Positions 47,992 to 59,100 of a DNA stretch of 64,000 nt are shown here, one piece after another. Within the stretch, counting starts at the first letter, position 1. Every line of letters begins with the position of its first letter. Source of the DNA: a virus. Below the pieces are notes generated by a model. That model worked only from the letters and a program-made list of their open reading frames with translations. It did no database searches and was not told the DNA's origin. The stretch is from the IMG/VR virus record IMGVR_UViG_3300011008_000186. One strand, written 5' to 3'. The position numbers and the translations under genes were made by a program.

Positions 47992-49101
47992 TTATGATGC
48001 GATTGCATCGGTTTTAACATAGATCAGTTGTACTGTGACTGTTGCTGATACTGATGCCGATGTAACGTTTCGTAGCGATAAGATTGCAGTTGACGTTCCA
48101 ACGAGACGCGGCTGCATTGATCTTATAACAACACCAGCATTGCCGGTAAGAACATTAGCAAAAGATAATGGAGCATATCCGCTGGGGGTTTCTACTCCAA
48201 GATCCGTACTGGCAATATTAGCACCAGTATTTGCTGCTAAGGTGTACGCATACTGATACTCAACGATCTTGAATAGATCGTCGGCTTTCTTTTCAGCTCT
48301 ATCGCTACTTACAAATCTATAATATGTTCCATCGTACACAAACGTTAATATATCGCCAACATCCCAAAATAAAGTGTTTGTGGCCGATGTAACTGCATTA
48401 TTTGCATACACATCTTTTGCGCCAGTGCTGTTAATGTTAAGAGTGATTTTGGCAGTGGCATAAGTATTTGCGGTGGTACATCTTAAAACCACAAAAGCGC
48501 CAGGCATCAATCTGAAGTTTGTAACAGTACCCACTTTTGCCTGAGTTGTAGCAGTAGTACTACAAGTACCATACCATGTTCCTGCACCGTCAGGAGGAAC
48601 CACAGAAGCTGCTGCTCTTGCTGAAATATAACGATAATATGTTCCATCGTACATAAATGTCAGCAATGTATTAGCACTCCATTTAAGAACATTTGTTGTT
48701 GCGTTTAATGTTCCTGTACCAGCATAAATGGCCAAGGCACCAGTACTATTTACATTTAATGTTGGGGTTGCTGCAGTATTTGCTGTAGAAAATAATACGG
48801 ATATAATAGCACCTTTAACTAAAGAAAAACCAGAGCATGCAACCACTTTTGCTGCTGTGCCTGCAGTGGTATTTGACGTTCCATACCATGTGGTTATTGT
48901 ATCATTGTCTGTTCCGCTTCCGGATACAGTCGCCCAGGTCCCATCACCTCTTAAAAATTTTCCCTCGTCACCAGCGGACGGAGCAGGAACAGCACCTGAC
49001 GAACCAGCATCTGTGCTTGATGCACCAGACATATTAGTAGTCTTCAGATTACAAACATCGCCATTAGGAAGAGATATTTTATTAATATTATATGTTGCCA
49101 T
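47992..49101 (-). CDS. tail fibre-like protein
   Basis: 369 aa, A/T/G-rich. N-terminus MATYNINKISLPNGDVCNLK. Internal duplicated block (...TLLTFMYDGTYYRYIS / ...DILTFVYDGTYYRFVS). Confidence 0.6.
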   Translation of the reverse strand: MATYNINKISLPNGDVCNLKTTNMSGASSTDAGSSGAVPAPSAGDEGKFLRGDGTWATVSGSGTDNDTITTWYGTSNTTAGTAAKVVACSGFSLVKGAIISVLFSTANTAATPTLNVNSTGALAIYAGTGTLNATTNVLKWSANTLLTFMYDGTYYRYISARAAASVVPPDGAGTWYGTCSTTATTQAKVGTVTNFRLMPGAFVVLRCTTANTYATAKITLNINSTGAKDVYANNAVTSATNTLFWDVGDILTFVYDGTYYRFVSSDRAEKKADDLFKIVEYQYAYTLAANTGANIASTDLGVETPSGYAPLSFANVLTGNAGVVIRSMQPRLVGTSTAILSLRNVTSASVSATVTVQLIYVKTDAIAS

Positions 49102-49117
49102 ATAACCCCCTCCTTAC

Positions 49118-50164
49118 TTAGCTAACTGTAATCGTTGCCTGAGTTCCGGTAAATGTAGGATTAGTAACTGTGCCTTCTGGCTTAATATTCAAGTCTACTG
49201 TTCCACCTGTGGAAATATTATTTACATTACCAGAAAGCGAAGTGACTGCATCTTTTGACGAAACTGAAACGCTACCTTCAGTTCCAGTGAATGTTGCAGA
49301 AACAGTGCCGGTTGGGGTGAATGTTCCGGTAGAAGTTAGTTTACTTCTATGATTTGTTATTCGTAAATATTTAGCGGTACCGGTAAATTTTCCGGGTGTA
49401 ACTACAATTGTTGCGTTATCTTCGCTCAAGGCGACACTAGTATCAAGTGTAGGCATAGATCCGGCATCCCACGATATCGCTAACGTTTCATTGTTTGTAT
49501 CGCCAACAGTAAATGTAAGAGTAGGAACCGATCCGTTTGAAGTAACCGCGTGAGGAGTTGGCTGACCTATTATTAGTGATGCTGTAGCTGTTGCAGACAT
49601 ATTACCTACCGAACCAGATGGCGTAATATCGACGTCATCCCCTCCGTTTGTACTATATGCTGCGATATCAACAGTAGTCAATACCGATGGAGCAGTAACA
49701 GTTATATTTTCATCTTCACTTGTTCCAGTAAAAGTCGCGGACACAGTACCAGATGGCGTAAAGTTACCAGTAGAAGTAGTAGTGTCTTTTATTGCTGTTA
49801 TATGAGCATATTTCTGCGTCCCGCTGAATGTTGCGGAAACAGTGCCGGCAGGTGTATAAGTTGCACTGGCTGTATCTTTAAAAGCTAACGCTTTAAGACC
49901 GGACATATCACCAAATTCTTGCCACTCGGAGCCATTAAATATAAATTCTTTACTGCCATAGTTCACAATATTTCCGGTTTTAGCCGTAACACTGCTTCCA
50001 GAAACAGTTATAGGATTCGTCGTAGCTCCGTCTGTTAATGCGGTAGTTGTAACGCCGAGATAGGCCGTATAATTATTGAGATCGGCAATAGCCTGTCGAG
50101 CGGTCGCATCCTTTATGTCATAAGTTGTTCCACTCGGTAATGTAATTTTACTAATATCTGCCAT
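49118..50164 (-). CDS. tail fibre-like protein
   Basis: From the ATG at 50164 (AAAGGAGA upstream): MADISKITLPSGTTYDIKD. Repeated TPxGTVSATFTGT units. Confidence 0.6.
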   Translation of the reverse strand: MADISKITLPSGTTYDIKDATARQAIADLNNYTAYLGVTTTALTDGATTNPITVSGSSVTAKTGNIVNYGSKEFIFNGSEWQEFGDMSGLKALAFKDTASATYTPAGTVSATFSGTQKYAHITAIKDTTTSTGNFTPSGTVSATFTGTSEDENITVTAPSVLTTVDIAAYSTNGGDDVDITPSGSVGNMSATATASLIIGQPTPHAVTSNGSVPTLTFTVGDTNNETLAISWDAGSMPTLDTSVALSEDNATIVVTPGKFTGTAKYLRITNHRSKLTSTGTFTPTGTVSATFTGTEGSVSVSSKDAVTSLSGNVNNISTGGTVDLNIKPEGTVTNPTFTGTQATITVS

Positions 50165-50180
50165 TTTGAAATCTCCTTTT

Positions 50181-50720
50181 CTAATTGGTTGTAAGAACCA
50201 GCGTTTCATCTTCCGTCAATGACAGATACGCACGGTTTTTATTATTCCAGAACTCTCGTTCAGTTTGCGTTATATGGATCGTACTATCATTAATGTGTTG
50301 CTTATAAAGCTTATCCGTAAACGGCAAGTCGACAACGTAAGCATTACCATTACCAATCTTAAATCCAGCCAGATCCAAATTACCAGATTGCTGATAATCG
50401 GTATAAATGTATACTGCGTTTCTCTCACTTACCAACGAAACCTGAGAATTCCAATTAGCCGTCGTGTCATAATATATAGCCACCGGACGTATGCCCAAAG
50501 CAACCAGCTTATCAGAAAGATCGGCTTCTGAAATCAATCCAAGTTGAGACCCGGTTTTGTTTCCGGACAATGTTACATTATTGATAGACGGTTTATTGAT
50601 CAAATCATTGTAATTACTTGTTCCGCCCGGAGAAGGAGAAGGTGTATCTCCACTCGGACTATCGGGTATTTCACCAATTTCGATGTCGGCATCGTTACCG
50701 CCGTAGCCAGGATCAATCAC
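50181..50720 (-). CDS. tail fibre / baseplate protein
   Basis: 179 aa. NYNDLINKPSINNVTLSGNKTGSQLGL is a common fibre N-terminal motif. Confidence 0.55.
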   Translation of the reverse strand: MIDPGYGGNDADIEIGEIPDSPSGDTPSPSPGGTSNYNDLINKPSINNVTLSGNKTGSQLGLISEADLSDKLVALGIRPVAIYYDTTANWNSQVSLVSERNAVYIYTDYQQSGNLDLAGFKIGNGNAYVVDLPFTDKLYKQHINDSTIHITQTEREFWNNKNRAYLSLTEDETLVLTTN

Positions 50721-50741
50721 GAGACCCTTCTCCTTTCATCA

Positions 50742-52520
50742 TCAGTATTTTCTAAATATAACCGGAATAGCACAATTGAGTTTTCCAGTGAAAGAACCGG
50801 AATAAGAATATAGACGAACGTGAGTTGATCCAATATAATCTCCAATTGTGACATCTTGCTTTATCTCGACCAAAACCGAAGCTGCACCATTCTGCGATGG
50901 AACCATTTGCCGAATATTATGCATAGCTAATAAATGATCAAATAGTCCGACTGTAAACCATTTGCCATTAGGTATTGCCGACTTTATATCGAGATGTATA
51001 CTTATATAGCCGAATTGACCACCGGCGCTTCGAGCGACGCAGGAATGTCTGGTACCTATAAACCAATCGGAACTCTCGGGATCGATATCCTCATCATTTT
51101 CATCCAGTAAAACCGGAAGTGAAGTTTCCGTTTGCGATTTGAATGAAGTGTTTGTAGCGGAAATCATAGGTGTCTTTATTCCCTCCGGATTCATGGACAC
51201 CATTGTAGCTTCTTGTTCATCGCCGTTACTATCTTGATAAACCAAAGTAATTTCTACTGGATTATCAGTTGAGTTTGAATGTACTTTAAATTGACCTCGA
51301 ACGACAAGGTTTTCACCGTTTTGCTCCCGCTGTCGTAATTCGCTCACGTCGTTGGCATCAACGTCGCCATCTTTATCCGTATCATACTTGTAAATATAAT
51401 CTGGTGTTCCACTATCGTATTCAGAACTTCCGGCAACATATCGCTGAGCTTCTGTTACATCGGCTTTTGTAACAAGTCTTGAATAAGCTATGTCCGAACT
51501 ATATCCATTTGGATCAACGTTAAGACCGCCTAACGTTCCTTCGTTAAATGCAACAGACCCATCGGTATTTATTTTGAAATACTCATTAGCAGTAACTGCA
51601 CCATTGATGTTGATTTTACTTGCATCTATTTGCAATCCTTCTTGGGATAGATTAATTTGGTTGATGATATCATTTGCCGATACTTTGGCCGAAATCATTC
51701 CATCCATAATACTAATGTTCGTTTCATTGTTACCAATCCGTATAGCAAGAGCTCCAGTCCCATCATGTGTTGACGCATAAGAATGTCGAATCTCGCCCGG
51801 CTCAAGCATTGGATAAAATGTTATACCGTCTTGAGGACATGCATATCCATCTTTTATCTGAGCATAAGCACAAATATATTTATAGCCATAATCTGTAACA
51901 ACTCCTGAGCCGTCTTCTATGAATGGAGTTCCGGTGTCGCCACTTGGATCATCTGTTTCAGCATATAATCTTCCACCTATCCAGTAATTAGGATTGTCTT
52001 CATCCTCGTTTGATGGACAACCACTTATTACATATTTATTAGTCGGATCAATAGTTAATACTGGGACTCGATTGCTGAACTCAGCATTACAGAATAAATA
52101 TCTAGTGATTCCCACAGCGGTTCCGGTTGCAGTAACCGAGCCATCCAGATTAACTGTCCACTTAATACCATGATCGGTGTCATCCCAAACTTTTCCATAA
52201 AGATCTTCATCATGATATACGGTTGGTAAAAGATTGTATCCGCCTTCTCCAGCAGAAATATCTGTATTGTTGCCAATTATTACGGCACTGTGTTTACTAA
52301 TGTTTAAAGTAACCCGATCGCCTTCACGAACCTTGGCAACAGTTGATGCGGGAGTCATTACCGTTGTATTAGAATCATCTAGCTTAACCGCTACACCATC
52401 TCCCGTAATGCTGGACACAGTTCCATATACAACTACTGTATCATCTTTATTATCGGGATTCTTATTACTGTTTACGGCTCGGGCAAAATCCATTAGCAGA
52501 TTATTATTAATCTTACTCAT
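50742..52520 (-). CDS. tail/baseplate structural protein
   Basis: 592 aa from the ATG at 52520, which overlaps the upstream stop codon. Confidence 0.6.
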   Translation of the reverse strand: MSKINNNLLMDFARAVNSNKNPDNKDDTVVVYGTVSSITGDGVAVKLDDSNTTVMTPASTVAKVREGDRVTLNISKHSAVIIGNNTDISAGEGGYNLLPTVYHDEDLYGKVWDDTDHGIKWTVNLDGSVTATGTAVGITRYLFCNAEFSNRVPVLTIDPTNKYVISGCPSNEDEDNPNYWIGGRLYAETDDPSGDTGTPFIEDGSGVVTDYGYKYICAYAQIKDGYACPQDGITFYPMLEPGEIRHSYASTHDGTGALAIRIGNNETNISIMDGMISAKVSANDIINQINLSQEGLQIDASKININGAVTANEYFKINTDGSVAFNEGTLGGLNVDPNGYSSDIAYSRLVTKADVTEAQRYVAGSSEYDSGTPDYIYKYDTDKDGDVDANDVSELRQREQNGENLVVRGQFKVHSNSTDNPVEITLVYQDSNGDEQEATMVSMNPEGIKTPMISATNTSFKSQTETSLPVLLDENDEDIDPESSDWFIGTRHSCVARSAGGQFGYISIHLDIKSAIPNGKWFTVGLFDHLLAMHNIRQMVPSQNGAASVLVEIKQDVTIGDYIGSTHVRLYSYSGSFTGKLNCAIPVIFRKY

Positions 52521-53604
52521 ATGTTTGCTCCCACAAATTCTTAGTATATGTTGCTTTTGCATTGATAGTACATCCAGACTTACAATCAATGTCTTGACTC
52601 ACTATCTTTGCCTTTACATCTCTTAATCCTGCCGAAATATAATTTAATCGAACACAATCACCTATTCGTACCGGACAATAACCGTGACTAAAAGATATGC
52701 TATATTCAAGCGATGACAAATGTCGCAAGAGTCTTTCGGCATAATTTCTAATCTGTGGCTCGGTCGCGACACCAGGAAGACTTGGATTGATTTCTCTATG
52801 AGTGATCACCCGGCCTCTGCTCTGAATCGAGGTTGGACTATTCGGATCATCGTTAACTACAACTGATCTGTAAGTATGATATGAAGTAGAATATAATACT
52901 TCCACCCTGTTCGGAATATTATAGAGATCGCGATCAACTGTAAGATCCGGCAACAATATCGAACTATTGCTGTCATCAAAAGTCCAAACCGGCTGCATTC
53001 TCGACGTCTCGATGATCGGAGCGAATTGTATTCTACCCATATCATCAAGATCAAATCTGTATTTAGCCGTGGAAATAAGAGAAGATAAATATGTAAGCCA
53101 TGTATCACTGGTATCAGCTACAAAATGATTATGCAGCTTCACTGTACATTCACCTTCAGAAAACCTGCTAACCGGAGGTCTACAGTTTTCGTCGGCCAAG
53201 ACAGATGCGTTATACATGACATCTGAATTTTTCATAACCGAGAACCCAAACGGAGGCGGATTCTCTTTTAATTCTAGAAGAGGAGTGTAAGCTTGAAGAC
53301 TATTTGTCACTCGTTTACCGTCGAATCCAAAAGATGGAGTCTGAACTAAAAAAGTTCCCAAAGGAAAACGTTCTGTAACTCCATTTTGAAGGACCACAAG
53401 ATAAATTCGTATATAGCATTCGCCAAGCGCTTCCTCTATCTCAAAATTTGCCGATCCAAGAGTATCTGTATTAAGATCTCTGGTTATCGACGAGCTTATA
53501 GCTGTATCTATTTTTCGTACATTCTGCCAGGTGTCTGGATCGACCACATAATATTCGAAAGTCTGCGACATGCTTGCTGTCCAATCAACGGCCATATCAA
53601 GCAC
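52513..53604 (-). CDS. tail/baseplate protein
   Basis: 363 aa. Position and size fit a siphovirus distal-tail or baseplate component. Confidence 0.55.
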   Translation of the reverse strand: MLDMAVDWTASMSQTFEYYVVDPDTWQNVRKIDTAISSSITRDLNTDTLGSANFEIEEALGECYIRIYLVVLQNGVTERFPLGTFLVQTPSFGFDGKRVTNSLQAYTPLLELKENPPPFGFSVMKNSDVMYNASVLADENCRPPVSRFSEGECTVKLHNHFVADTSDTWLTYLSSLISTAKYRFDLDDMGRIQFAPIIETSRMQPVWTFDDSNSSILLPDLTVDRDLYNIPNRVEVLYSTSYHTYRSVVVNDDPNSPTSIQSRGRVITHREINPSLPGVATEPQIRNYAERLLRHLSSLEYSISFSHGYCPVRIGDCVRLNYISAGLRDVKAKIVSQDIDCKSGCTINAKATYTKNLWEQTYE

Positions 53605-56140
53605 CTCCCTCGACTCTTGTTATATCTATAGAAACTGGTATCACCATATCAAGATGGTTAAGATTGTAACTAAGTTTAATATTTGCCCAAAAGCCAATTC
53701 CGGAAGGTTCTCTTACATAAACATCGCCCATATAGTTCATAAGCGCACGTATTTTAGCAAGAGTTTCTGTATCGCTTTTAACAACATCAGTACTCCACGA
53801 TGTAGTTTCGCCAAGTTGCGTTCCATAATAACTAACCGGATGCTGTCTTCCAACATACTCGACCAATGTAACATCCGGAGAATTACTACTGGAAATGTCT
53901 ATGTTAAATGGAAGCTTTAGTATCGATCCAGCATATGGATAATCTTCCGATCGCATACCTTCAGAATCGCTTTCGTAATAGTCAACCCAGTTCTCATCCC
54001 ATTGAATTACTATTGACTTATCGCCAAGATTAACATCATCTCCATTCGTGTCGAATATCTCGGACAAATAAAAATCAGTATAAGTCATAGATCCACTTAG
54101 TAACGACTTAGCAACCAGTCTGTAGCTTGCGTTATTTAATGCGGGATGAGGATCCACCACACTATGTGCTTCATCATTAGGAATGTTTTCACCGATAAGA
54201 GTAAATGTGCTGTCATAATTTCTTCTGTAAACAGCCATCACAACATCAGACGGAGCAGTATCGGAAGTATCATAAGCCCAAGGTCGTATAGACATGGTTA
54301 GAACTTCCGGATCGCCAGTAAAATCGGCACCAATTGAATATTCGTCGTCGTCAAGATGGACCCAGACTCCTATTGTTTTAGATACTTCGTTTGATGAGCT
54401 CATGATGACGTTCATTGTAATGATGTATCTAATGTTATTTTGAAAGTCTGCATCAGTAGCGGTAATATTCTTGGTAAGAGAATAGACGGTACGACTGCTC
54501 GTCTGCGTTTCGATCGTTCCGGATTTGTCGATAAATGCTGAATACACAATGGAATCTTTAGGAACATATTGCTCACGTCCTAAATAATCTATTGTTGTAT
54601 AGGGCATGTCGTTGGTCACGGTTATGTTATATGAGATTGGCTTTTGTGAATCCGTTACTGTTGTAATCATAGTAAGATCAATAGGAAATCTCACAATTTC
54701 ATACATGTCTTCCTCGCCATAAGCATCGAGATTGGAAGTCGAAAACGAAAACGTAATCTTTCCATAAATCTCAATTGTGCCGGCAACAGAGAAATCGCTT
54801 CGATAATCTGTACCACTGCTTACAACACCCCAAGTAGCAAGAAACCATCTAAGCTTTCCGCCTTTTGCAAAATTTGCTGCCGTGAATTGTTTTATGCCGC
54901 TTGTAGAGTCGACGCTTGAAAATTTCTTGGTAACTCCGAACCATGTGTATTCGCCCGTGGCAGTATTAATAGTAAGATCACTAGTATCATCTATATGCTC
55001 AAGATCAGTAGTATTTTCAAGAGGCAATGTACCGCTTATAGACGTTCCGTCTTTGAAAGTTAATGCGAGATACACCGAAGCTCGTGTCTGACTTGATCCA
55101 TCAGTAGCATTATGCACCCAATACAAATGAATGCTTTCACCAACCTGCATGGCGGTTCTCGAAGACCAGGCAGTCGGAGCAGCTGGTTTACTGCCAAGAA
55201 CAATAGACATAACACTTGAATAAGCGCTAATACCAGTCGAATTGACAGCTGCTACTCGAACAAAGTATCTTTTGCCTGTTTCTAAACCGCTTCTTAAAAA
55301 TAAGTACAGATTAGTATTGTTATCCGTTTCCTGGGATGAAATATAATCTGTAGCATTATCGTCAAAGTATTGCTGAGATGTAGCATACTCAACGCGATAC
55401 TTTTCCGGAGGAACACCATCCGAAGCACTCCACTCTACATAGATTGTTGTAGGATTAACTGTTTCCTGATCGGCATAAGCTTGGACTTTCTTAAGCGCAA
55501 CTGCCTTGGGAACCGAATAAAACGCATCGGAGAATTCACTGTAATCACTCCATACGCCGCTTTTCTTTCGCGCTCTAGCCCTGACTTTGTATTCTCGTCC
55601 GGGTATTAAGGTTAAAGTAAATGAACAACTTCTTGTAGTGCTTACAGCAACAATTTCTGAACTGCATTTGGTTGTATTACTATGGAAAGTCTGAAAATTA
55701 ACGTAGTCAGTATCCGAATTAATATTAGTTAAAGTATAAGTAGCAGTCCCATCAGCATTAATAGTAACAGATGGGACGTCTGGAATTGTAGGGATTGCGG
55801 CATTTTGAATGTTGAAAGATGCCGATACCCACTCATATTGGTATAAGTCTTTACCATTATTATCTTGTTTAGGAACGGGGGCAACTGTAACTCTAACTGA
55901 AATGGCTTCTTCGGGATAAGAATAGGTAAATACCTTTGCAGCACCGACATCGATCGTCTGCTCTTCGTATCCCATTTCTTGTCCATCTGGACGAGTATAC
56001 CACCAGTGAGCTTTCAGCTGATCAGTTTTGCTATTATTCGAAGAATTCCAACTAAATTTAGCTAGTAGTTGCCCCTCATTATACTGGTCAGGGGAGATGC
56101 TCAAACCAGTAACTTTTACTTTTGTAGACACATTAGCCAT
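53597..56140 (-). CDS. large tail protein with fibronectin-III-like repeats
   Basis: 847 aa immediately downstream of the tape measure gene. FN3-like segments (…YKVRARARKKSGVWSDYSE…, …RYFVRVAAVNSTGISAYS…). Confidence 0.6.
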   Translation of the reverse strand: MANVSTKVKVTGLSISPDQYNEGQLLAKFSWNSSNNSKTDQLKAHWWYTRPDGQEMGYEEQTIDVGAAKVFTYSYPEEAISVRVTVAPVPKQDNNGKDLYQYEWVSASFNIQNAAIPTIPDVPSVTINADGTATYTLTNINSDTDYVNFQTFHSNTTKCSSEIVAVSTTRSCSFTLTLIPGREYKVRARARKKSGVWSDYSEFSDAFYSVPKAVALKKVQAYADQETVNPTTIYVEWSASDGVPPEKYRVEYATSQQYFDDNATDYISSQETDNNTNLYLFLRSGLETGKRYFVRVAAVNSTGISAYSSVMSIVLGSKPAAPTAWSSRTAMQVGESIHLYWVHNATDGSSQTRASVYLALTFKDGTSISGTLPLENTTDLEHIDDTSDLTINTATGEYTWFGVTKKFSSVDSTSGIKQFTAANFAKGGKLRWFLATWGVVSSGTDYRSDFSVAGTIEIYGKITFSFSTSNLDAYGEEDMYEIVRFPIDLTMITTVTDSQKPISYNITVTNDMPYTTIDYLGREQYVPKDSIVYSAFIDKSGTIETQTSSRTVYSLTKNITATDADFQNNIRYIITMNVIMSSSNEVSKTIGVWVHLDDDEYSIGADFTGDPEVLTMSIRPWAYDTSDTAPSDVVMAVYRRNYDSTFTLIGENIPNDEAHSVVDPHPALNNASYRLVAKSLLSGSMTYTDFYLSEIFDTNGDDVNLGDKSIVIQWDENWVDYYESDSEGMRSEDYPYAGSILKLPFNIDISSSNSPDVTLVEYVGRQHPVSYYGTQLGETTSWSTDVVKSDTETLAKIRALMNYMGDVYVREPSGIGFWANIKLSYNLNHLDMVIPVSIDITRVEGGA

Positions 56141-56146
56141 AGATTA

Positions 56147-59100
56147 TCACATCCTCCCTTCCACAGTAATTGCGCCTATGAGCGCTGATATAGCATTTGA
56201 AACCGTGCTACCATCGTCATAGGTTATTCCGTTAACGTTATAAGTATTTGTAGGATTGCTAGTTATAGTACGTTTAAGATCATTTATTGCAGAAACAAGC
56301 TGACTATCGCCAGTATTTCTTATACCGGATTGAACATTAGAGCTCAATGCATAAGACATTCCACTTCCTATTGCCATTCCGCTGTACATTCGATTAACCT
56401 CGGAAATACCGCTTCGAATATTACTTGAATCAAACACGGGTCGAATAACCGGTTGCATATCCATATCGCTGTCCATCATAGACATTATCTTGTCTACAGA
56501 TTTAGACATGATCGCGATAGACTCTGAACCAAGTTTATCGCCAGCGTTGCGTATAACCTGAATATTGTCGAGCATACCATTAGCGTAGCCGACATCATTA
56601 TACATGCCGAGACGTGAAAATTCTTTCGAAGGTGACTGAGTCAGAGTGGCTCTGGCTGTTGCATCTAAGGCCGTTTTACCAAGTTGATAAGCTGCATTAT
56701 ATACATCTTGATTTTTGGATTTCATGCCTTCGATATAACCATTAACATTATACTTACCGAGCTGAATCCACCGGAACTGAAGATTCTGTAACGCTTTGAC
56801 TCCATCGGACACAAGAGCGAACAGCGCAGTCTCGAAATCTGTTTTTCCGTCTTTAAATGCATTACAAAAATCTTCAATACTTGTTGTTGCAACTTCCCTT
56901 AAAATATCAGGAAAGTTTGTTGCTCCTTTGTACTCTTGCTGAGAAATGTATACTAATGTGTTTGTAATGCTACGAAATTCGGATAATGCGGTTTCGATTT
57001 TATCTTTATCCATATCTTTAATGTCAAGATAAAATATCCGATATGCTGTTCCGAAATCTGCTAAACGATCACCAAGATCTTTAAATTCTTTACCAGGATC
57101 TTTATTTTCTTTAAAAATTGAGTTTTCAGAGGATACAACCGTATTAGCCGAACTTAATGCCTGTTCTACGTTTGTAGTATCAGCGCCAGAAACACTATTG
57201 ACAAACGATTTGAAATTGCTGCCATAGTTCTTTAAATTATTTCCAATGGTTTTGAGAATTGACAGATCATTATCGCAAACGATTGTTTTTACATCGGTTA
57301 CCATTGTGGCGGCAGCCTTCACAGCATCTATACCCGCTTGAAAATCGACACCCGTTACCAATCCATTATAATCAATTAAACCTTGCCCAAGATCTTTTAG
57401 TTTCTTGCCAAATTGGCCAAAGTCCATCGTACTCTTTCCAAATAATTTTGAAAAGAAACTACCTTCTTCGGGAAGATTAATGTTGGCCAAAGCCACAATA
57501 ACATCTGTAGCGTCTTTAGCGGCTTCAGTATCGATGTTACCTTTAGATATGATATTCGCAAAGCCAACTATACCATTCGCCAAATAAGGCATCTGCGCAC
57601 CGAATGTTTCGAAGTCGATAGATCCGCCAAATATCTTTCCAATAAGTCCTTTATCGACTGGTATATCTTCGGCCAGTGCTGCGATAATTCCTGCCGCATC
57701 TGCCGCTGTATCAACAGCATTAGGATCAACTTTACCAGTGACAGAACTTGAAAAGTCAGCGATTCCTTCGCCAAAGCTCTTAAGCTGATTTCCGAATTTG
57801 CCAAGATCCTTTGTTCCACCGAATAACCATCCAATGACGCCAGTACTATCAGGAATGTCCTTCGCCAACGTAGCCATTATCTCGCCAGCTAATGCTGCAA
57901 CCTGTGCTGATGTAGGATCGACTTTGCCCCGAACCGATTCAGAGAATTTAGCAATTCCGTCACCGAAGCTAGCTAATTGATCTCCGAATTCGCCAAGATC
58001 CTTTTTACCACCAAATAGCCATCCTAAAACTCCAGAACTGTCAGGAATGTCTTTTGCTAATGCGGCCATCATCTCGCCAGCCTCGACAGCAATATTTACT
58101 GCATTAGGATCGACTTTTCCTGATACTTTATCTGAAAACTTAGCTATTCCGGCACCAAAGTCAACTATTTGTCTGCTAAATTCAGAGAAATCTTTGGACC
58201 CTCCGAACAGCCAATCAAGAACACCAGAGCCTTCTGGAATGTCTTTTGCTAATGCTATCAATATTTCACCAGCTATAGCAGCAACAAGAACTGAAGCTAA
58301 ATTAACTCTGCCTTTAACGATCTGCGAGAAATCAGCAATACCATTACCAAACGCAATTAATTTACTAGCCCATAAGTCCATTGCGGTTTTGCCAAATATC
58401 GAATCAATAAAGTTCGAACCAGTAGGCATGTCTTGAGATAATATTCTCGCCACTCCTGCGGCACAGGCCATTAGCAATAGAGCCGTGGCATTCAAACCAC
58501 CGTCACGCATTATATGATAAGCTTCAGTTATGGCCGTAATATACGCCTTTACTTTTTCTCCAAAGACGCCAATATCTGAAGTACCTATTAATTGTTCAAA
58601 GAATCCGCCAGTCAAAGGTATTGTCTGAGCCAGATCACTCATTGCGTGTCCAACATCGGCAGCCATTTTGAACATTGATACATCATCGTCGGATAGACCA
58701 AATGCTCTAAGCCCATTGACACTCATGTTGATAGCTCTAATATATGTTTTTACTTTCTCTCCGAAGTCACCTAAATCTTTTTCGCCAACGAGTTCCTGAA
58801 CAATACCACCAGTTCGAGGAATCGTCTCTGCTAAGTCGGACATAGCCTTGCCCATTGTCGCAGCACGATCGAACAATTCGACGTCCGTATCGGCAATATT
58901 CATGAATCTAAGACCCATGACAGAAAGATTGATCGCTCGTATATATGCTTGTACTTTATTACCAAAGTCGCCTATATCCTGCTCACCAATAATCTTCTGC
59001 AGCCATCCACCCGATCGAGGAATTGATTTGGCTAATTCGGCCATTGCGGTACCCATAGCAGCTGCTCGATTGAACAATTCAACATCGGAATCTTGAAGAC